The notes: generated by a model from the sequence alone, not told the origin. 63,566 nt of DNA, filler included, from Octopus bimaculoides (GCF_001194135.2; 10 parts of 7 records of this genome joined end to end with filler, not necessarily neighbours in it), one strand, 5' to 3'. Shown: positions 36,678-48,360, counted from the whole stretch's first letter. A program made the numbers and translations.

Positions 36678-37105
36678 TGGCGAGCGAGCAGAATTGGTTG
36701 CGCGACGACTAAAATGTTTAGCGGCATTTCTTCTGAGTTGAAATTCCACCGGTGTTCAATTTGCCTTCCATATTTTCGTGGTCGATAAAATAAGTACCAG
36801 TCAGACACTGGAGTTGACGTAATCGGGTTCCACCTCTCCTCAAAGAAAAATGCTGGCCCTGTACCAAACGTTGGACCCATTATTAAGAGATTTCAAGGTG
36901 GCATGCTGGCTGATTCGTTAGCACTTTATTCAAAATGCTTAGTGACATTTTTTCAGGCTTTATATTCTGAGTTCAAATTCCACTGAGGTTAAATTTTTGC
37001 CTTTCATCCTTTCGAAATCGATAAAATAAGTACCAGTAGAGCACTGGGATCGAGACCCCCACCTCTTAAATATCAGGTATTTTGCCTACAATGGAAATAA
37101 ATGTT
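36678..37105 (+). mobile_element. Two tandem SINE family B copies
   Basis: Two gagtt.aaattcc B boxes, each followed by cgataaaataagtaccag. Confidence 0.8.
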
Positions 37106-37411
37106 AGGAGATTCCGTTATTACAATGCACCAGGAGAAATTGTTGGATGATTAGCCACACATATGTAAGCCATTGACTGGTTTTACTAACACTAGCACTT
37201 AGAATCTTTGATATTTAAGGGCGTTCGCCCTCTTTTTAGCATTCGGGTTACGTTTCTGTTTATAAACATTCCTTCCTCTTTCCTATCCAATATTCTCAAA
37301 TCTGAAACGGGTCATAGGACTGTCTTCCCTCTCGATTAGAAGATTTGAAAGGGCATCAACAAATACATGGCATGCTAGAAATCTCACCAACAAGCAACAA
37401 GAATACTCTAA

Positions 37412-37603
37412 TCACACTCTACTAACATAAATATCACGGGTAGAACTCCTTGTATCATAGGAATGCATCACCAAATGTTCATCGGGTATCAAACAATAAT
37501 CGCCATCATCATGGATCACAGCTGTACAAAAGGGTGTCTTGGTACTCAGTAAGACAATAAAGATTAATATCAATGCTAATTTCCCTTTCACCCCGCTTTT
37601 CAT
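37412..37603 (-). CDS. Possible first coding exon of an unknown secreted protein
   Basis: MKSGVKGK-LALILIFIVLL-STKTPFCTA looks like a signal peptide; possible donor TAT|GTTAGT near 37426. No family recognised. Confidence 0.3.
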   Translation of the reverse strand: MKSGVKGKLALILIFIVLLSTKTPFCTAVIHDDGDYCLIPDEHLVMHSYDTRSSTRDIYVSRV

Positions 37604-38241
37604 TTGCGATATGATTTTCTCATTCCTCTAACTTCTTACACTACGAACCCCTAGCTTTTTTGATAACATCACTAGATACAATGCAAGCAATGTGACCAGC
37701 GCACAGACACACAGTAATCAGATAATACTTGCATCATCTACAACGACCTCAAATGAACTACACTATGTGTTATAAACTGGATAAAATAGCATCAATCTGA
37801 AAGGAACGTTACTCTATAAAGAATCCCAATTTTCGTGACATGGATTAATTGAATGTTTGTAAAAATTCCTTTTGAGTTTTATAGTAAATGTATATTATAT
37901 TTGCTTCACTAAGGATTTACGAAAATGTTTAACTCATGCGGAGTGTTGCATTTGGTTAATCTTATACACGAATATAACCAGTAACCCGCATCACTAGTGT
38001 GAAAAGGTGAGGACCATTTATTATGTAATGCAGGAAAACGTCACAATCAAGAATATTCTGATGAATATGGGGACCCCATGATGAAGACGCGCAAATCAAT
38101 GCATAGGACTGCATTCTGAATAACGTAACTTCATCCAGAAACAAAAATATGGCCACTAGGAGCCAAAGAAGGTGCTTCACCATGGTCATTCGAAGTGTTA
38201 AAAGTCGCAAGATTCATCTCTCAATCACATAGAAGGCACTT

Positions 38242-38282
<41 letters not shown>

Positions 38283-38287
<5 letters not shown>

Positions 38288-38580
38288 GTCTTTTGTAGTG
38301 GTTAAGGTGTTCGGCTCATGATCTTACAGTCATAAGTTCGATTCCAAGCGGTGCGTTGTGTCTTTGAGCAAGACTCTTTATTTCTCGTTGCTTCAGTCAA
38401 GTTAGCTGACAACTATAAGTTTTACATGTAGTTCAAAGGGCCGGCCTTGTCACACTGACTCTCCCTGAAATCTACATTAACGGTACACGTGTATGTAAAG
38501 TGCTCAGCCACTTACACATAAATTTCACGAACAGGTGGTTTCGTTGATCATATCAACGAGGAGACTCTTCGCCCTGACCA
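38283..38580 (+). mobile_element. tRNA-derived SINE, third family
   Basis: tagtggttaagg A-box region, GTTCGATTCC B box, gtgtctttgagcaagac core-like motif. Confidence 0.7.
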
Positions 38581-38615
38581 AAAGGTTGCTACTTAATAGA
38601 TACATACATATATAC

Positions 38616-38665
<50 letters not shown>

Positions 38666-38667
<2 letters not shown>

Positions 38668-38693
38668 TAGCAGCTTAACCCAGTTTCACCCGG
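38666..38693 (-). mobile_element. Helitron-like 3' terminus (minus strand)
   Basis: Minus strand: CCGGGTGAAACTGGG hairpin, 8 nt, CTAG, T, then (TA)n. Confidence 0.5.
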
Positions 38694-39454
38694 CCTGTTT
38701 GGATGATGTGACTGTGATCGTTTTCGGTTAGGCATAATCTATAACAGCGTTTCTCAACCTTATCATTTCGGGTCCTCTGTTTCGATTGGAGCCTCTAGCT
38801 GTATGAAGATTTCATACCCCCCACCTGTCAGAAAATGGTTTCAGGAGTTGTGAAGAAAGAATTTGTACGTAGTCTATTGGACGTCTGTATAATCATTAAA
38901 ACATTTATTTAATTATGAACATAGAAAGAAATTATACATTAATCCCAATTTTTGTAAGCAGTTGTATCCGTAAAAAGATATATGTAATGGACGTGCGTTT
39001 GTGTGTGTATGTGAGAGAGAAAGAGGGTGAGAAAGAGAGATAGAGTGAATGAATGAAGTTGTGTATCATTGACTTACGTTGGCTGGCACGGCAAGTACGA
39101 AGCTTTCACAGCGGCAGATGACTTGGGTGATTTGGAAGATGTAAAGAAATGCCGTCTTTTCAGTGGAGCGCTTTTTTGTAGGCAATGTTTCTCGTTTTTC
39201 CTTCTCATGCACAAATCTATAGACTTTGTGGCCTACCAACACGGGAGAACTCTTGCTCTGTGAGATTTAAACCAAACATTTGCAATGATTGACCCTGTGC
39301 CTTATTTATTGCCATTGCAAGGGAGAGTTTGATAGGAAATTGAAGCTGTTTGAACTTATAGATCGTATCGGAGAGGGGAGGGAAATTGGAGTTATGAGAA
39401 CATCTTGACCAGCGGACGCTCCGAACACGGGAGTATAAATTTTGATTATCTCCT

Positions 39455-39552
39455 CAAGAACTTTCCAAGAAGTACCACCCTCGGAACTTTCAGGAAGTAC
39501 TTCATCCTCGGAACACTCCAGGAAAACCTCCGAACATCCCAGTAAGTACCAC
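39455..39552. repeat. Imperfect ~25-bp minisatellite
   Basis: About four units of tcggaactttc(c)aggaagtac; cut by a gap. Confidence 0.6.
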
Positions 39553-40088
39553 NNNNNNNNNNNNNNNNNNNNNNNNNNNNNNNNNNNNNNNNNNNNTTAA
39601 TTAATTAANNNNNNNNNNNNNNNNNNNNNNNNNNNNNNNNNNNNNNNNNNNNGCGCGTGCATGTGTGTGTGTGTGCGCGTGTGTGAGTGTGTGCGTCTGT
39701 GTGTAGTATGTGTGGTGTACCTTCGAGTGTGCATACTCTTGTCATCTGATGTGATCAATGTCTTGCTGTACAGTTCAGTCCTGGTTCTGAAACTCCCTTT
39801 TGGCTGTGCAAGGTTCAAGGATATGAGAACAGAGGTGTGAGGGACACAGACATTGGAATGAAGTGCAAAGAGACGTCAAACAAAGAATTCAGAAATCTGT
39901 AAGAATAAAAAAAAAGAAAGAAAGAAAACGTAGGAATTTAATGCAAAAAATACAGAATCGCTAAATCTGTCTTCTGTTAGATCAAATCATTCTTATGTAA
40001 TAAATCACCCTTCAAGGGACAATGTTGGGATATACACTTCTGTTTTACTTTAATCCCATTTTCATTATCTATCTATCTATCTATCTAC

Positions 40089-40170
<82 letters not shown>

Positions 40171-40404
40171 NNNNNNNNNNNNNNNNNNNNNNNNNNNNNN
40201 NNNNNNNNNNNNNNNNNNNNNNNNNNNNNNNNNNNNNNNNNNNNNNNNNNNNNNNNNNNNNNNNNNNNNNNNNNNNNNNNNNNNNNNNNNNNNNNNNNNN
40301 NNNNNNNNNNNNNNNNNNNNNNNNNNNNNNNNNNNNNNNNNNNNNNNNNNNNNNNNNNNNNNNNNNNNNNNNNNNNNNNNNNNNNNNNNNNNNNNNNNNN
40401 NNNN

Positions 40405-40437
<33 letters not shown>

Positions 40438-40709
40438 TTGCGTGTGTGTGTATGTAAATTTTATCTATAAATACCTGCTTCTTTAACTCGGAAACCATCT
40501 CCTAGAACTCTGGTCTATGCACATATCTGGAAAAAGTATTCATCCAATTACAACGAAGTGTTTGTGCATGTGGCCGTACGCACACACACACATACACATA
40601 CACACTCACATATACGCACATATATATGCCCTCTTACACACACATATTTGAAGTTATATTTAATATGAGATTCTTTACGCTCTTTTTCAATATCAGGATT
40701 AAAAACGAT

Positions 40710-40920
40710 GTAGGCGCTGGGCTAGCAGAATCCTTAACACGCCGGGCACTTCGTCGATATTCACGTTCTCAATTCAAATTCCACCGAGGTTCACTTGCCT
40801 TTCCTCCTTTCGGGGTTGATAAAATAAGTACAAGTTTATTTCGAGGGTCAATGTAATCGATCTACAGACGTTCTCGATATTACGGGTCTTGTTCAATACT
40901 TGAATCCCATCTTATAAGGG
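40710..40920 (+). mobile_element. SINE family B
   Basis: gctagcagaatc...caattcaaattccaccgagg...gataaaataagtac. Confidence 0.75.
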
Positions 40921-40924
40921 AATA

Positions 40925-41990
40925 TCGTTTAACCTGTATATTTGAAGCTGTTGCTGAAGTTGCCTGCTCCACATCTGCTGTTTCCCCATTCCTTTACCGA
41001 GAATTCTGATTCAAGTTCCGATGTGAATTTTGTCCTTGTGAGCTGCTTTTGAAGATTTTTTGGCTGTTTTGTAAAAGGATTTCATTAACCAAATTTTCCA
41101 TTAGAGGCCTTTGTAGAAATATTGTAAGGTATGATTTTATGGTGTGAAAAACGTTGGTTACCCCAATGGAATAGTATGTTCTTTAATACTTTTCTTTGGT
41201 ATACTTAGTTGTGTGATGTTCAGCTGCATCGCCTTCATGATTCAATCATTTATGAATTTTAACGAGTAATTCTGTTTTTTAAGGAAGCCTTTTAGCTCAT
41301 TATGTCCGATTTTACGTATTACTATAATACAGACATGTCTTGTCATACTGTTTAAGATGTTCCTGTTGATATGCGAGGGGTGGCAAGAGTAGAAATTCAA
41401 ATATTGGTGCATGTCCATATTTTTGTAAAATATGTCTGTTGTGACTGTGGAGTCGTGTATTTTTATGAGAATATCCAGGAATGGTAATTCATCATAACAG
41501 GTTTCTGACGTGAATTACATAGATGGGTGAAGTGAGTTGAGGATATTATCAAATATTTATAGATCTTCATTTGATCTGTCCCCCAAAATAAAGCAGTCAT
41601 CGAGGAAGCGATTCTACCATTCAATGATGTATTTCTTGCAATTCTGATTAAAAGCTTTCTCTTCTTCATCGTAAAACTTTTCTTCTAAAATCCCTTTAAC
41701 TGTCGATATTATTTTATCATCGAATCTAAAGGTATTCTTTTCTAGTACCAGGCGTATGGCTTTGGTAATGAAGTCCGTTTTGAAGCGTTCGTCTATCCAT
41801 CATCTATGTTATTCTACCAAGTGTCTGACTGTTTCCAGGCCCAACGTGTGAAGTATATTAGTATAAAGATTAGTGACGTCAAAGCTTGTAAGCAGAGTAT
41901 CTTCTGGGACTGTGTGTGGAATGTCTTTGAGTCATCTTTTTGATATACTCCTCAAATCTTTAAATCCATTAATACTCTGCTATATACGAA
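40925..41990 (-). mobile_element. Penelope-like reverse transcriptase + linker (decayed)
   Basis: LLTSFDVTNLYTNI; KAIRLVLEKNTFRFDDK; RFLDDCFI; ELPFLDILI...TTDIFYK..D.HQYLNF.SCHP.H; KQPKNL.K.LTR.KF. Confidence 0.85.
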
Positions 41991-42113
41991 ACGAAATGGA
42001 TTTCCTCAAACGCATACACACACACACACACACACGCGCACACGTACGCACACACGCGCGCCCCACACGTTTATATATATATATATATATATGTCCCTAT
42101 TTATTTCTGTGTT

Positions 42114-42150
42114 CCTTTCTAGCGAAGAGCGTAGGCTCGAAACGTAAAAG
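42114..42150 (+). ncRNA. Hammerhead-like motif with damaged core, back-to-back with the PLE RT
   Basis: CTTT-ctagcgaa-GAGC-GTAG-GCTC-GAAAC-GTA-AAAG: stems and GAAAC/GUA present, CUGANGA not intact. Confidence 0.35.
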
Positions 42151-42236
42151 ACTTTTTCACCTCCGACGCGTTAAACTAATATATCTGTTTGTTGTTTACA
42201 CACCCGTCTTCGTTTTTTTTAAATTTTTGTAAATTC

Positions 42237-42271
<35 letters not shown>

Positions 42272-42339
42272 TCTATTATCTGGCATATATATTTTTGATA
42301 TATTTATATATTATATTATATATTTATATATTATTTTTA

Positions 42340-42920
42340 CTCTGTCGATCACTTTTTGCCGAGCAGCAAATTTACAGGGACGTAAACCCACTAACACTGG
42401 TTATCAAGCTCTGGTGACTGACAAACGTAGACACAAAGGCGCACACACATACATAAATACATACATATACCTACGACCCGCTTTCGTAGATACACACGGA
42501 CACATATATATTTTCTTTTATTCTTTTTCGTGTTTCAGTCATTTAACTGCACCCATGCTGGAGCACCGCCTTTAATCGAACAAATTGACCCCAGGGTTTA
42601 TTTTTAGTAAGCCTGGTACTTATTATATCCGTCAGTTTTATCACTAAGTTACGGGGACGTAAACACACCAATATCGGTTGTCAAGCGATGGTGAAGGAAC
42701 AAACACAGACACACAAATGCATGCCTACACACACACACATATATATATATATATACACACGATGGGTGTCTTTCAGCTTCCGTCTGCCAAATGCACTCAG
42801 AAATCTTTGGTGTGCCTGAAGATATGGTAGAAGACACTTGCCGAAGGTTCTCAGCAGTGGGACGGAATCCGGAACCATGTGGTTGGGAAGAATACTTTTT
42901 TTTTACCAATGAGCCACGCC
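42340..42920 (-). mobile_element. SINE family A: one partial and one near full-length copy
   Basis: Motifs colinear with 3464-3835. Confidence 0.8.
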
Positions 42921-42994
42921 TATGCATAAATGCATATGCATATACATACATACGTGTGTGTATGTCAGTGTGACCGTGTGTGTGTCTGTGTGTG

Positions 42995-43056
<62 letters not shown>

Positions 43057-43120
43057 NNNNNNNNNNNNNNNNNNNNNNNNNNNNNNNNNNNNNNNNNNNN
43101 NNNNNNNNNNNNNNNNNNNN

Positions 43121-43166
<46 letters not shown>

Positions 43167-44357
43167 AGAGAGACGGGTCGAAAGAGAGGGGTCGAGAGAG
43201 AGAGAGAGAGAGTGTGTGTGTGTATACAATTAGATTCTTACATATATAAAGTAAAAAATGCTTATTTTGTTCTCACTTAATTTAATCCAACATTTTCACT
43301 AAGTCAGGCGACACTTACAGGTCAACTCCATCAGGCCAATCATAACTCGAATGCTTTGAAGCCAAATAGAAACGTTCAACAAATATAACTTTCATTGAAG
43401 AATATCATCTTGATATTTACCAAGTCTATTTTTATATTTTCAGTCAAGTTTTTGTAGCAAAACACTTCGTTGTCGTAATGAAAACGTATTATTCATGTTA
43501 AACATAGCAACTAATTCATACAACGCCTCTGCTTATTTCGGCTGAAGTATACACGTATGTCTAACTTTACTATCATAAAAATATGTCAATTGGAACGAGA
43601 GCCTTTTTGTTAATATGTGATGGGCATTGAGAAATAAATTTTGATAGAAAAAAATAAAAATCTTATATATTTTCCATTGTCTTCCCTAATTCTTTCACAG
43701 TTCACTAAATTTCCATTTTATTAGTCTGAATCTGCAGTTAATAACTTGGCAGAGGCCTCCTGCGCCACGCTTGTTTAAATGTCTGAATTCTTGGACATTC
43801 TGTGTTGCAGTCTACATATAATTTTAAGTCAGCCATATAGAAAAGAAAAAAAACCGAAAACTTATTAATTCATCACGAGAACTAAAGTTGTATACAATCG
43901 GACAATGAGGTTTACTAGGTGTATTAAGAATGTCAGAGCTGAGCAAGAAAAAAAAAATGAAGTAACATACAGAAATAAAAAATAAAATAGATAAATAAAT
44001 GGATAAATAAAAATAAAGTGAAAAAATGGAGGAATGGAAAAAAAGAAATCGGATTGGAAATTCCAATCTTTATTGGAAAAGTTGTTAAATTGTTTTCCTT
44101 GATATGTGATATCATTTTCGTCTTCCTTAAAACATGTCTGTTCTGAAAATGCAATCGTGGAAATATCTGGTTTAAACGGAGTGTATCTAATAACTAACAG
44201 AGTGGAACAATGTTTTAGTGTCCATCCACGCCGTGATTGAGTCGCTCTGTATTTTCGTCTTCCTTATTGTCTGGCAATATTTCGATATTAATCAAAGTGG
44301 TATTGAAATATGGAAGGGATTTGTGCGTCAACACACACACACACGCACACACACGTA

Positions 44358-44447
<90 letters not shown>

Positions 44448-44543
44448 CCTTTCTGTCTCTCTGTCTCTTTGTATTTCTGTCTGTCTGTCTGTCTGTATTT
44501 CTGTTTGCCTTTCTCTCTGTCTGTCTGTTTGTATTTCTGTCTG

Positions 44544-44587
<44 letters not shown>

Positions 44588-44687
44588 NNNNNNNNNNNNN
44601 NNNNNNNNNNNNNNNNNNNNNNNNNNNNNNNTTAATTAATTAANNNNNNNNNNNNNNNNNNNNNNNNNNNNNNNNNNNNNNNNNNNN

Positions 44688-44970
44688 GGAGTTTCTGAAA
44701 ATTCACACGGTCCAATTTTTTTTTCCCCATAACTTCTAGGAAAACATTTTCCCAACAAATTTCTTTATAATCTATGCCGTTTGAAAGGTGTTTTTGTCAA
44801 ATTTCATTAAAAGCTACTCACTTTCCTGAAAGTTAGGAAGGAAAACATCGGATCGTGTGAATTTTCCGAAATCCTCATCTTCGGAAAACATTTCCCCCAG
44901 AAATTTCTTTATAATTGTAATCTGTGCCATTTGAACGGTATTTCTATAAAATTTCATCAATACATATCCA
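44688..44970. repeat. Interspersed repeat with internal ~50-bp inverted arms (MITE-like)
   Basis: ggagtttctgaaaattcacacggtcc... vs ...ggatcgtgtgaattttccgaaatcc; related to 1545-1740. Confidence 0.5.
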
Positions 44971-45422
44971 CTCCGTTGGTTTGCGCAATTTTTTTTTTCA
45001 TATTCGTTTTCTACACATTTTTTACACCTACTAGGCTTGGGGGTTTTTTGGCGTGACCGGGTCTTAAACTATATATTGACCGCTATTTCTCACACATCGA
45101 AGGATCACGTTGATGTTTCCTCAATAACATAACAGTCTATTTTGTCGGATGATGTTTTTGTCTATTAAATTGTTAGGAACTCTTCTGTATGTCACCGGTG
45201 TGATTCAAACGAAGTTAAAAATTATCAGTTACACCGTTTACTTCGTGTGTTTATTGAAAGTTCGGCTAATATTATTGTATATACTGGCCTTGTGCCAAAA
45301 TTTGAAACTAATATTATTATAATTATTTATAGTCATTTATTTTAATCATATCATGTAAACGGAGGCCCATAATATCCAAGTCTAAATCTGAATCATAAAA
45401 CATAGTAACAGACATTTCTCAG

Positions 45423-45440
45423 TTTTTAAGAATTCTTCAG
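45423..45440 (+). promoter_or_regulatory. Probable splice acceptor just upstream of the ZNF ATG (upstream exon not identified)
   Basis: tttttaagaattcttcAG|gaATGGAA: T-rich tract and AG 2 nt before the ATG. Confidence 0.5.
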
Positions 45441-45442
45441 GA

Positions 45443-47452
45443 ATGGAAGACATTAATGAGTTGGATACTTCTAACACAACTGTTTTTAACAATGTAGACT
45501 CAATTATACAGACAGTCAGTGGTAAGAAACCTTTACCTAGTGAAACATTTACTAAACAAACACCAGTAAACAGAAACATTGCTAAATATTGTTGTGAGGT
45601 TTGTAAGAAAACATTCCCTTTAGAACATGAAATGTTCGCTCACAAAAAAATACACAATAAGGAAAAACCATTCCACTGTGAAGTATGCGGGAAATATTTT
45701 GTATCTAACAGAAATTTAACTAAACACACAAGAATACACACTGGAGAAAAACTGTTTCATTGTGAAATATGTGGGAAACCTTTCGTTAATAATTCGAATC
45801 TTGTTATCCACATACGTAGTCACACTGGAGAAAAACCGTATAGTTGCGATATATGTGGGAAATCTTTTGTCAATAATAGTAATTTAAAAGGACACAAAAA
45901 AATACACACTGGCGAAAAGCTGTTTCAGTGCGATTTGTGTGCGAAATCTTTCATTGATAATTGGAAACTTATTATCCACAAACGTAGTCACACAGGAGAA
46001 AAACCGTTTCACTGTGAAATCTGTGGGAAATCTTTCTCTCAGAATTCTCACCTTGTTGTCCACATACGTAGCCACACTGGAGAAAAACCCTTCCATTGTG
46101 ATATATGTGGTAAATCAACGGTCTCTAATAGTAGTTTGGCAAGTCACAAAAGGATACACACTGGAATAAAGCCATATCGTTGTGAAATATGCGGGAAATC
46201 TTTCACCGATAATTTGAATCTTGTTATACACAAACGTAGACATACAGGAGAAAAACCGTTTCACTGTGAAATATGTAAGAAATCATTCTCTCAAAATTCT
46301 CATCTTGTTATTCATATTCGTTGTCATACAGGAGAAAAACCCTATCAGTGTGATGTGTGTGGGAAATCTTTGGTGTCTAACAGTAGTTTAATAAATCACA
46401 AAAGGATACACACTGGAGAAAAACCATTTCATTGTGAAATGTGTGGGAAGTCTTTCACTGATAATTTGAATCTTGTTATACACAAACGTAGACATACTGG
46501 GGAAAAACCATTTAGTTGTGAAATGTGTGGGAAATCTTTCATTGAAAGTTCCAAGCTTACAATCCATAAACGAAGACACACAGGAGAAAAACCATATAGT
46601 TGTGAAATATGTGGAAAATCATTCGTGAATAATAGTGATTTAAAAAGTCATGAACGAATCCACACTGGAGAAAAACCCTATCACTGTGAAATATGCGAAA
46701 AATCATTTTCTGTTAATTCTAGTCTAGCAGTTCACAAAAGAATCCACACTGGAGAAAAACCTTATCAGTGTGAAATATGTAGAAAATCTTTTGTCTATAA
46801 AAGTAACTTGACAAGGCACAAAAGAATCCACACTGGAGAAAATCCATTCCATTGTGACATTTGTGGGAAATCTTTTATTGAAAACTTTAAGCTTACAGTC
46901 CACAAACGTAGGCACACTGGAAAACAACCATACTGCTGTGAAATATGTGAGAAATCATTTGTGAATAATAGTGATTTAAAAAGCCACGAACAAATCCACA
47001 CTGGAGAACAACTCTTCCACTGTGAAACATGTGGGGAATCATTTCATTTGAATTCTTTACTTGTATTCCACAAACAAAAAAACTGTGGAGAGAAACCTTA
47101 TCTCAGTGAAAATTACAGGCAATCTTTCCTTAAAAATGAGGATTTAAAATGTCATGAGCAAATACACCCAGAAGAAAAGTGTTATCTTTGTGAAATGTGT
47201 GGCAAATCCTTCTCTCGGAATTCTGATCTATTAAGCCACAAACGTAGACACACGGGAGAAAAACCTTGTCACTGTGAAATGTGTGGGAAATCTTTTGTTA
47301 ATAATAGTGATTTAAACAGGCACAAACGAATACACACTGGAGAGAAACCATACCACTGCGAAATATGTGGGAAATCCTTTATCACTTACACTCTCTTAAA
47401 AAGACACCAACAAATACACACAAGAGGGAAATCTTTTAACCATGAAACATGA
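45443..47452 (+). CDS. Multi-C2H2 zinc-finger protein, 669 aa: 49-aa leader + 22 x 28-aa finger repeats (20 canonical, fingers 18 and 19 degenerate)
   Basis: Uninterrupted ORF with repeated CxxC-x3-F-x5-L-x2-H-x3-H and TGEKP[YF] linkers; 49+22x28+4=669 aa. No KRAB, ZAD or BTB domain recognisable in the leader. Confidence 0.93.
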   Translation: MEDINELDTSNTTVFNNVDSIIQTVSGKKPLPSETFTKQTPVNRNIAKYCCEVCKKTFPLEHEMFAHKKIHNKEKPFHCEVCGKYFVSNRNLTKHTRIHTGEKLFHCEICGKPFVNNSNLVIHIRSHTGEKPYSCDICGKSFVNNSNLKGHKKIHTGEKLFQCDLCAKSFIDNWKLIIHKRSHTGEKPFHCEICGKSFSQNSHLVVHIRSHTGEKPFHCDICGKSTVSNSSLASHKRIHTGIKPYRCEICGKSFTDNLNLVIHKRRHTGEKPFHCEICKKSFSQNSHLVIHIRCHTGEKPYQCDVCGKSLVSNSSLINHKRIHTGEKPFHCEMCGKSFTDNLNLVIHKRRHTGEKPFSCEMCGKSFIESSKLTIHKRRHTGEKPYSCEICGKSFVNNSDLKSHERIHTGEKPYHCEICEKSFSVNSSLAVHKRIHTGEKPYQCEICRKSFVYKSNLTRHKRIHTGENPFHCDICGKSFIENFKLTVHKRRHTGKQPYCCEICEKSFVNNSDLKSHEQIHTGEQLFHCETCGESFHLNSLLVFHKQKNCGEKPYLSENYRQSFLKNEDLKCHEQIHPEEKCYLCEMCGKSFSRNSDLLSHKRRHTGEKPCHCEMCGKSFVNNSDLNRHKRIHTGEKPYHCEICGKSFITYTLLKRHQQIHTRGKSFNHET

Positions 47453-47960
47453 GAAATTGTTCCTTTGTAAATCTAAATTTATAGTCCATCAATATACCTA
47501 CATTAGCAAACATTGATCACAGTGAATTATGTTAGAAATCATTGTCTTCAAATTATGATTTTGTGTACACATGTATGCTCTGAAAAACACCCTTTCACTT
47601 AAATATTTATGAATTCTGATCTTCAAGAAGTTGCGAAATGAATAAACACTTGGCATAGAACAATATTAGTGTAGAATATGTGAGGAGTCATTCAGGAATA
47701 AGTAAGTCTACATTTTTAATCCAGAGTTGAATACAGACTGGAGACAAAAATTATCATTGTGAAATATTTCTGGTCTTTTAATCCACTAATATATCCACAA
47801 ATACACCCTGAAAGAAGATCTATTCACTGTTATTTATCATTAAAGTTTCTTGACTGGGAAAATAAAGGAGGAAAACTTTATAGATGTAAAATTTGTGGAA
47901 AATGATTCTCATTCAAAGAACATGTTAAACATAAATACATATAGACATGGAAAATATTGA
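47453..47960 (+). pseudogene. Decayed zinc-finger relics in the presumed 3' UTR
   Basis: Broken finger-like translations with stops and frameshifts, e.g. IQTGDKNYHCEIF (~47730-47770), QY*CRICEESFRNK (~47662-47703), KLYRCKICGK*FSFKEH (~47872-47925). Confidence 0.55.
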
Positions 47961-48164
47961 GAAGAATTTGTTGGAAACATTCTCTTTAATAGTAAAACCA
48001 ACTAATTTCTGAGAGATTTGTGTAAAATCTTGTCACTGAAATTTGTGACAAAAGATTTGTTTTCCTATGGAAATTAAAATCTTATAACTTTGTTGAATGG
48101 AGTAATCTGGAAAAGGGAAATATTTTTTTAACATTAATTACCAGTGAAAACATTAATAAAATCA

Positions 48165-48360
48165 TTATCATTCAATGCCCATTTTCCATATTGGCATAGG
48201 TTGGATGATTTGACTGGAGCTGGTAAGGCCCAGAGCTGCTCCAGGCTCCATTGCCTGTTCTGGCATGGTTTCTATGGCTGGATGCTTTTCCTGATACCAC
48301 CCACTCCATAGAGTGTAACTTGTGCTTTTAATGTGGCACCAGCACTGGTATCAATTCTAC
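48165..48360 (-). mobile_element. RTE 3' UTR copy, CpG-depleted
   Basis: Homologous to 11018-11220 but with no CpG. Confidence 0.7.

Noticed and set aside
45884-47001. Short antisense and alternative-frame ORFs overlapping the ZNF
   Set aside because: Shadow ORFs of the repetitive finger codons.
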